Shown in pieces: positions 56,058 through 64,000 of a stretch of 64,000 nucleotides of DNA; positions within the stretch are counted from its first letter, which is position 1; each line of letters starts with the position of its first letter. The position numbers were made by a program, and so were the translations under genes. The DNA is from Tubulanus polymorphus. Lineage: Eukaryota > Animalia > Nemertea. The notes beneath the pieces are model-generated. The model saw nothing but the letters and a program-made list of their open reading frames with translations, had not been told where the DNA came from and ran no database searches. The DNA lies in contig NC_134030.1 of NCBI RefSeq assembly GCF_964204645.1, positions 15,004,110 through 15,068,109 on the forward strand, given 5' to 3'.

Positions 56058-59000
56058 TTATGAACTTATTGTTTAATTAACCTGGATATGAAGTATAAGT
56101 ATATGTGTTCTTCTTGGATTAATAAATGTGTTTTGGTTATCAAAAAATGACAACTTCTTTCATTTTCATTCGATTTTCTTCAAATTTTCACCGTTTGCTT
56201 ATACAGCATCTTGTTCCCTAGATATCAATTTTGAGATAGATTTTTCCCCGAAATCAAAAGTTAGCCTTGATGAATTAAATACGTAGTGTCATGACTACTT
56301 GATCGTCTTCGAGTTGTTTATTGCAACGAATGGTATGTATATAAACAAACTCCTGCGGCTGGTACAGAGTGTTGCTGCAAGACTCCTCCCACTCCAGTCA
56401 ATCATCATTTGAAAATTTTGAAAATTATCATATAAAATCGGAAATACCACATCATTGGCTGCTCCTCTGTCAAAATGAATTAATCATAAATAAAAACGCC
56501 TTTGGATTTCATCACTCATAAGTACAGCGATATTCTGTATCACAGAGTCGCAAAACACGTATGGCCTAGGTTCTCCGTTTTAAAAGTATCGTTAGGTTGT
56601 TGACTGGTGGATAACAAATTATCACATACTCTACCCAGTGATGAAGAAATGGGTCCGATGCCTTGTCCGACAGAAGGTATCACCACGCAAAAGCCTATTA
56701 GTATTTTAAGTAAAGATTCCATGTTTTTGGAAAATTCATCAATTCCGTTGTTCGCAATATGACAACACCGTGAATTTGGCGTGAGGTCTTGTCTGAAAAC
56801 TTACCTTTTTAAATAAACTTTTTTTTAAATGTAATGATGATGTACCTGTACCTATTTTATTTAAACCTCTCTTAATTGAAGTGAGGAGCGGTATGAAAAT
56901 AAATGCTATTATTATTATCAATTTTATCAGGAAAGCTAGGAAATAATATATAGAAAAATTTACATAAGTGTTTAATCTAAGGTGCTGAAATAACATCTCA
57001 ATTTTACAAAACATAATCGCGAGGTAGACCTTGATATACATCTTCACCCGTCAAGGGATTCGAACCCATTACGCTAAAGCTGTTCCCCGAACCCCTTGAC
57101 CTCACGAGTCGTTGGAGTCGTTACTAGCCGACCAGAATCCGGTCGTACCAATCACAGCGCTTGTAACAAACCGACAGTAGACTTCTGTTGGTTTTCCCGT
57201 TAAATGGACCAATCAGCGAACGTTTTACCGAACAAGGAAGTATTTCGCAAATCGATATATGACGTCATGCGCAACAGCGCCAGTAATGAAATCACGCTTC
57301 GTGAGGCCAGGGGGCTGGTGGAAGCGAGTTTGGGAGTGATACTGGACCCCTGGCAAGCGAGGATGCTTGATACAGGGTACGACGACTTTACCTTAATTCT
57401 CCGTTTTGACTTCCGTGGCCAGGCGAGTTGTTTCAAAATGGTTCGCTAAAACGTAAGCGGCTCTCCATCTGAAACACCTCAAATAATGTTCATCAATGTT
57501 GTGATAGAGATTATATGTTCCCTATAAACACGATTTCGGAGTATCGGGCAAGAAAAAACTCATAATTTTGCTTGAAAACATTCATGTATTTTCAAACTTA
57601 CGCGGGAAAAATTGACATTTATATGTTAAAAATTGCCTTCTTATTAAGTAGAAACAATTCCTTAGAGAATCAACAAATTAGTGGGCAAATTTTGAATTCA
57701 TTTTGTCCTCGGTTTCTTCGTATTGTTACCTTCGCCACCGCACAATCTAAAATTATAACAACGCCGGTTCAACTTGTTGACAGTGAAACTACTTACAGTA
57801 CGAGAGCAACATACCCCACGAATAAATCATATACCGTACCTGAGATTTTTCATTAACCAAATGAATAGACTCAGTCATAAATTATCTTAATCACGTTTTA
57901 CAACTTATTGAATGTTTATACCATAAACGCGCAGGCCACCCGCATCAACCTTTCCTTATACACTGCAAGCCACCCGAATCAACCCTAACACTTTTTTCGT
58001 CTGCTCGACAAAAAAGGTTGAAGTGGGATTCTAACCCAATAGTTTACGATAGACTAGATATCGATCCAATTCTTCAGAATACCGTAAAGAAATCAACATT
58101 CTTCCAAATTGATATTCTCGGGTATGTTGAGTATGAACATGACGAATCTGAGTGCTCACTTGAATCCAAGTAAGTTGGCTGAATTTTGAAGGCCAAAGGG
58201 AAATAATTTTGGTGGCACACCTCATCAAATATCTTATCATATGAAAGCCTTAGTGCTATTCACTACAAAATTACACTTGAAACTTAAAACACGTGAACAT
58301 GAATTGGGAATGAGCTATTCAGTATCGTGATAAATTCTCTTTTTTGAGGAATAATAGACACTGCATAGTGTATTCCCGTGTGCTAATGGGTTCGATGTTT
58401 TGCTGATTGAATAGATCTTCTAAGCTTTTTCGCACTGAAACGAATACTGTCGGTCCCATACGCTCCAGATTAAGTGGGCTTTGGTTGTATTTCATCTTAG
58501 ATTCTAGTGATCGTCACACTTACATTCGAATAGCTGTGTTCCATCTTTTTTTTACTGCTTCGGTTGACCCTTCGTCTGCATCCCTGCACCCGCCACAAAT
58601 ACAGCTTATCACCGATTTTGTCTAAAATGTATTATATCTTTGTAAAATCAATTTTGCTCATTACGACGGATGATATATTGGAGTCAGATTTTCTGCAACA
58701 TAAAGCCCTATTGTTATTCTGTTGATTATTATTACGGTTTTCTGCTACTTGCACAGAAAACCCTGTTTTTTTCTGGACTATTATCATACATAATAATTTT
58801 CATCTCTTATTTGTACAAGACTATTTATTCCCTGAATGCCGTCTTTCGAATTAATTAAAAAGGAAAATAAAAACGATTTACAGTGAAACCTCGATACAGT
58901 GAATTTCACACGACGAGACAAGAAGCCCATTGGCCTTAAATCATTAGTAGATTATACTGTAGTAAGGTATCAGGTGGATAATGTTTTACATCTGCCGGCG

Positions 59001-59059
59001 AATGTTCTCAATGACCATGTTGATTGGGAGGACCACAGATTTAGGTTACGGTTCCTGAA

Positions 59060-59180
59060 CTTCGCTGAAAAGCTGAAATACTGAAACGCTGAAATGCCGA
59101 AAAGAAAACGCTGAAATTTCAGGGAATTTCCGAAAAAAGCTGAAATTTCAGGGAATTCACGAAAAACGCTGAAAAAATCT
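59060..59180. repeat. Degenerate GCTGAAA short tandem repeats
   Basis: Several (G)CTGAAA units and two GCTGAAATTTCAGGGAATT copies. Confidence 0.7.
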
Positions 59181-60591
59181 GTGGTGAGAAAATCATCAGG
59201 TTTTTTAAAGAAATGACATAGCATCTGTGAGAAAAATGTAACAATTCTTATTTTTAGTTTATCTATAAAAGGAGGAATCATGGACCAAGTTGATTTGCTA
59301 AGATGGACATACAGATACCGAGAAAAGACTTCTTGTAGCAGCAGTGATTATATTTCATTCAGTAATAACTTGATTCAACCAGAGAAAAATAAGTCAACAG
59401 CTGATGTACAGTTGTACCCCGCTTTACTTGGTTTTCCTGGGAGCAAATTTGTAGTCTTTAAAAGCTAAGCGATATTCCGAGGTAACGAAGGGGATTTCAA
59501 TAGAATACGAAGCAATGGAACCAGAATTCAAGCCCAAGCTAAGCGAATCTGTGGCTTTAACGCTTGATTCGGATAAAATGTAGAACTGATTTCTTTTGTG
59601 TATAATGTATAATGTATATCTCTTAAGCTGTTAATTAATATAGTTAGATAAACGTTCAATTATTGGATCTTTCTTGTTGACTCGTTTCATTTTGAGAGTT
59701 TAGAGTTCCAGTTAATCCACAATGTGCAGTGCCTAGCCTTCATCTACACTAAAGCCAAGCCTGTGTATGTGAAAATGTTGTTCGACTCTCATAGGCCAGA
59801 CCAATCGAGGTATGAAGGCAGATGGTAGTCTCCAGCAACTTGAGAATGTAAACCAAGTTTTGACCTCTACCTTTAAGGCCTCCTTGTAGAAAATGTAGAA
59901 ATATGAAACCCAATCTAAGCTATGCTAAGTACAATGACAATTGAACCTTTATTTACGAATTTCAATGACACCGAAAATAAAATCGAAAATATAGCTGCAA
60001 AGCAGCGATGACGGGTTTTCTGTAAAGCCATTCAGAATGATGGGAATTGTAGTAAATTGAAATATCGATACATAGAATAAAATGCATTGACAGATTCGAA
60101 CCTAATATGCAACCACTGTGTAAACGTCAAATATGATTCAGCTTTGAAACCGAACATACGTGGACGTACAATCACAAATATCAATATATTTGACCAGGCA
60201 CTTATTTTGGCATTCAAACATCATGATACTGTATTATCACCATCCTTAAAAATGGATCTGTCCTATTAAGAACTCATCTTAAGCACCTGCTGAGCCGATA
60301 GATTGAGTGAATTCACAGATAAGAACGTATTATGATTTAGAATAGATAAGATTTAAGAAGTTAATATTTTTATTGAAATATTTGAATAAATACATATATC
60401 GTAGTGTAGATTCAATCAATAAATTATGAATTGATTTGGTCTGGGTTTCCGGCTGATGTTGATTTTGGCTTTTATGGATTACAAATTCTACAGTGATAAA
60501 CAATTGATACCTGCAACATGTGTGTAAATCAAACCTATTCCACTAGTGTTTCCTAATAAACGGGAGAGTCACTCTTGATCTGAGTTATTAG

Positions 60592-61150
60592 AACTAGGGG
60601 TCCAGGGACACCATGCCCACTTGGGAAGTGGTTCCAAATGCTCAACAATCTAACAATTCAGGTATCAAAGGTATAAAACATCCCTTTTCAAAGAATACCC
60701 ATCACAAATTGCAATGAGAAATGGCAAACTCAGAATTCGGGCCAAAATTGACATTTTTGGGCACTAAAAAAGGTCATAGGACGGCCATCTTGAGTCCGTA
60801 TCCCAATTTTTGTTATGCTGATGGGCCCAGGGGCATTCACATATATCCGAAAGATCAAGGTAATTGATCAAAGCATCTTCAAAATTTCCCTCAAAAAGTT
60901 CAAAAATGTGTAAAAAGTGTTGATTTTGGCGAACAACAATGGCTGCCAGTCGGCCATCTTGATTCTGACAGGGCCAGTTTTTGAGCTGAAGATGTGTCTA
61001 GGGTAGATACATGTGAAACCCAAATATCAAGACATTACATTGAAGCGTCTTCAAAACTTCCTAAAATAACTGATTTCCGTCTACGGACGGACGACGGACG
61101 AAAAGTGAACGCAATAGCCCGCTGGGACTAAAGTCCCAAGTGGGCTAAAA
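60592..61150 (-). mobile_element. Non-autonomous Helentron-associated (HINE/DINE-like) element
   Basis: Subterminal inverted repeat GCCCACTTGGG/CCCAAGTGGGC, terminal palindrome GCCCGCTGGGACTAAAGTCCCAAGTGGGC, (GACG)n microsatellite, internal GGCCATCTTG repeats, CTAGTT end. Confidence 0.7.
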
Positions 61151-62279
61151 ATAATGTTCATTTAGTCATAGAAATTCATTGCCTTTTTGGAGTTTCTGTA
61201 ATAATATTTGTTCTGCCCTAATTTTTATTACTGTATGAACCAATGATATGCTTTGTAAATATGATGTAATAAAATAAATTTGAATTAAATTTGAACATGA
61301 GAATCAAGCATAACTTGTGTTTTTTCAACTTGTCTTACTTGTCTTTTGTTAACAGTTCCAGAGTTTCAATTACAATCAAATCCAAATTGGCTAAAAAGTA
61401 CATAGGACTAAATGAAATGAACGGTTAGTTACTGCAAACCTATTCCAGTGTTATGTCGATTGTGTTGAATCACTTTCCTTGAGTTGAAAGAATCAGATCT
61501 TCTATGGTACAACATCGGTCGAAGAGAGATATCTTGGTGTTGACTGTCCTTGACCATCTAACTTCATGCGTTTGACATTGGAATCAGCATCATACCCATT
61601 TGAACTGCAAAATATTCATACAACATGAAAACCTACAGTACATGTATACAGTATTAATCAAACTTTCACCGATGTTGGATATTTGAATGAACATTAGGTT
61701 TATTTCAGTACTCTAAAGCAGGAAATAATAAGCCCAATCAATAGGCCCTATTCCCATTGGAACAATTATATAATGCGTACAGCTGTACCGTACACTTATC
61801 AGTCAAGAATGGAGAAATCGGTATACCGTACCTACGAACAGCAAAATGTACAGGCCTACAATGATTTCTGGTAATACAAGCCGTGACCACATGAACGTTT
61901 TGGTTTGACTATTAATGTCAGCAGGTCAGAGAAGGCCTGGCCAAACTTAATCACATGGCTCAAATCAATTAGCCTTTCTGCGTGTGAATATTTCACTGTA
62001 TTGTTTTAAAAATAGGCCTATCGAGTGAATTAGTACATAGACTGAATTAGACTTTAGGCTAGTCCTGACCAAATCCTATCCATATTAAAATGGCACCAGT
62101 TATAGTAACATCACTGTAGGGCCGACGAGAGGGAAAAAGTTGTGTTTGTAGTACATAGGCATGGTAGGCTTGTCGTACTCACTTAATACTTAAAACGCTG
62201 TTGTTACCTGTACGTGACTGTACGGTGATTTCTACAGGTTAGCCATATGTGAGTACGTTGACGCTCAGACTTGCAATAT

Positions 62280-62343
62280 TGGGATTCGAAACCAAACGAA
62301 AAAAAAATCCAGTAGTAGTCCAGTGATTTACCCACTGTGCCAC
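62280..62343 (-). mobile_element. Degenerate tRNA-derived (SINE-head-like) sequence
   Basis: Box A-like TGGCACAGTGGGTAA and box B-like GTTTCGAATCC on the minus strand. Confidence 0.4.
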
Positions 62344-62440
62344 AGAACGTAACTGGTGGGTGGATGAAATTTGATTTACAAATAGCCTAGCCTCACCTAA
62401 CCCAAACTCTATTCTTTTACGCATGCGCATTTGCAGATTA

Positions 62441-62780
62441 TAGGAACTCACGTACAGCGTTTTTAGGGAACTCACGTACGGTTAACCTGTGAATATCACC
62501 GTACAGTCACGTACGCGTTACAATTTCGTACTTAAAATGGTATTGGCTACTAGGAACTCACGTACGGCGTAAGTAGGGAACTCACGTACGGTTAACCTGT
62601 GGATATCACCTTACAGTCACGTACGCGTTACAATTTCGTACTTAAAATGGTATTGGCTACTAGGAACTCACGTATGGCATTATATACTTAGTAGGGACCT
62701 CACGTACGCGGTTAACCTGTGGAGATCACCGTACAGTCACGTGCGGTTAACAACTACGTACTTAAAATGGTATTGGCTTC
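62441..62780 (+). repeat. 110-bp tandem repeat x3, with an inverted partial copy at ~62205-62255
   Basis: TAGGAACTCACGTA at 62441, 62551 and 62661. Confidence 0.9.
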
Positions 62781-63041
62781 TATATAATAGGCCTATAGAC
62801 AAATAAATACCGGTAGGCTTTCTTATAATCTTAGCTTCCACACTTCACAACCGAACCAACTGACCAACCAGTATATTTAGTCCCAGTACGCACCAACCGG
62901 CACAGGCCTAACACTGTTTGTCAACTGTGTTTACCGTTGTAGGCTATCGATAATCACCTGATACTTTTCTGTCGTTTGTTTTCTCTCTGAGACGAAGACG
63001 AACGTAATTCTAGTGCAAAAGGTAGAAAGTTTCTAATGTCC

Positions 63042-63830
63042 GATAAGATGAGATAAGATAAGATAAGATAAGATATTTATTTCACTCCAACCATAAGAAT
63101 GGTACGTGGAGGCAAGATTGAATACAAAATATGGAATATAAAAATTTACAAAACATGAACAGAATTATATACATATATACAAAACAAAATAGGAATTAAC
63201 AAAATTTAATATCAAACTTTCAGTAATAAAACTATTTACAAACAAAGCAAGTACAGAGATTGAATTATATACAGCAAGATATATCACACGTATATACACA
63301 ATTCACTGGAGGGATTTGTATAAACTTAAACCTAACTGGATAAATTTAGCTAATTGTGGGGTAGGATTCCTTAATATTTCCAAGTTTCTGGACATACTTA
63401 AATGGATGGAATTATCACGCAGATCACTTAGCAAAGTGCAGTCATAAATGAAGTGAAGCTCATCTCCTACGGTGTTACAGGCAGGGCACAGTCTTTCACT
63501 TCGGTCTATGAGCGTTCGATCGATTATTTACCGGTAATAAATAGGAACCAATTCTGAATTCGAATAAGCTATGCACAAGACTTCCGTCAAGTTGAGTTAT
63601 ATATTTTTCAAGCCTAACATCGTTCTTATATAGTTTGAAATTAACATACTGCTGATCGTCATTCACTTTTTGAAGCATTTCTTGTACGTGTTGGTCACGG
63701 AGGACTTGTTTCACGTACTTGGAGAGCGTTTTATAATTTTCCGTGTATTGCTGTAACCATATGTAAGATAAGCCAATGTCGTCAAATATTTTCTTTATAT
63801 ACAATAACCAAGGGGATTTGTGTTTTTCGC
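63042..63830 (-). mobile_element. 3' fragment of a non-LTR retrotransposon (ORF2 C-terminus, 3' UTR, (TCTTA)n tail)
   Basis: ORF 63496..63804 then RLCPACNTVGDELHFIYDC zinc knuckle; (GATAA)n at 63042-63075 next to a minus-strand AATAAA. Confidence 0.75.
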
Positions 63831-63839
63831 TTACATACA

Positions 63840-64000
63840 GATTACGATTACGATTTATTTACACTCCAACCATTTCCATGGTATATGGAGGAAAACTATT
63901 ACACATGTATATACAAATATTTACAAAACAACACTAAAGTGATTAAAATTTAGAGAATGAAAACGTAACGAAATATATATATACATCAACTATTTACAAT
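63840..64000 (-). mobile_element. Second 3' tail of a related LINE
   Basis: (GATTAC)n tail, TTTATT and the same CTCCAACCAT..ATGGT..TGGAG stem-loop. Confidence 0.55.

Noticed and set aside
56500-60300. Short track ORFs as host genes; tRNA-like GGGTTCGAATCCC at ~57055 (minus); Tigger-like end at ~58880
   Set aside because: No domain signal or exon structure; isolated motifs without a partner end or cloverleaf.

Overview
Eukaryotic, probably marine invertebrate, repeat-dense DNA with no recognisable host gene. Bases 1969-54717 are a cluster of three related, very AT-rich Polinton/Maverick (polintovirus-like) elements. Copy A (1969-~13244) is a left half. Copy B (~13245-30720 plus 49090-54717) lacks its left end and carries a full BEL/Pao LTR retrotransposon (20071-26390, TSD GATGG). 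Copy C (30721-49089, ~18.4 kb, 16 genes) runs from TIR to TIR and is nested inside B. The family encodes pPolB, major and minor capsid proteins, an A32-like packaging ATPase, an rve integrase with chromodomain, an HNH nuclease and at least six predicted membrane proteins; I found no adenain-type protease. Three features stand out. (1) Each TIR ends in a ~400-bp fold-back with co-varying arms whose mismatches are almost all G.T on the strand with the terminal 3' end, like a self-priming hairpin. (2) 14 of 16 genes start at TAAATG, preceded by either a T-run or an A-run, the layout of poxvirus late and intermediate promoters, hinting at a helper-dependent, virophage-like cycle. (3) A non-coding control region has co-varying stem-loop repeats and stress-factor motifs. 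Flanks hold an Academ-like remnant (left) and a Kolobok-like remnant, a HINE-type element, SINE/LINE fragments and a 110-bp tandem repeat (right). All assignments come from motif recognition by eye; no searches were run.
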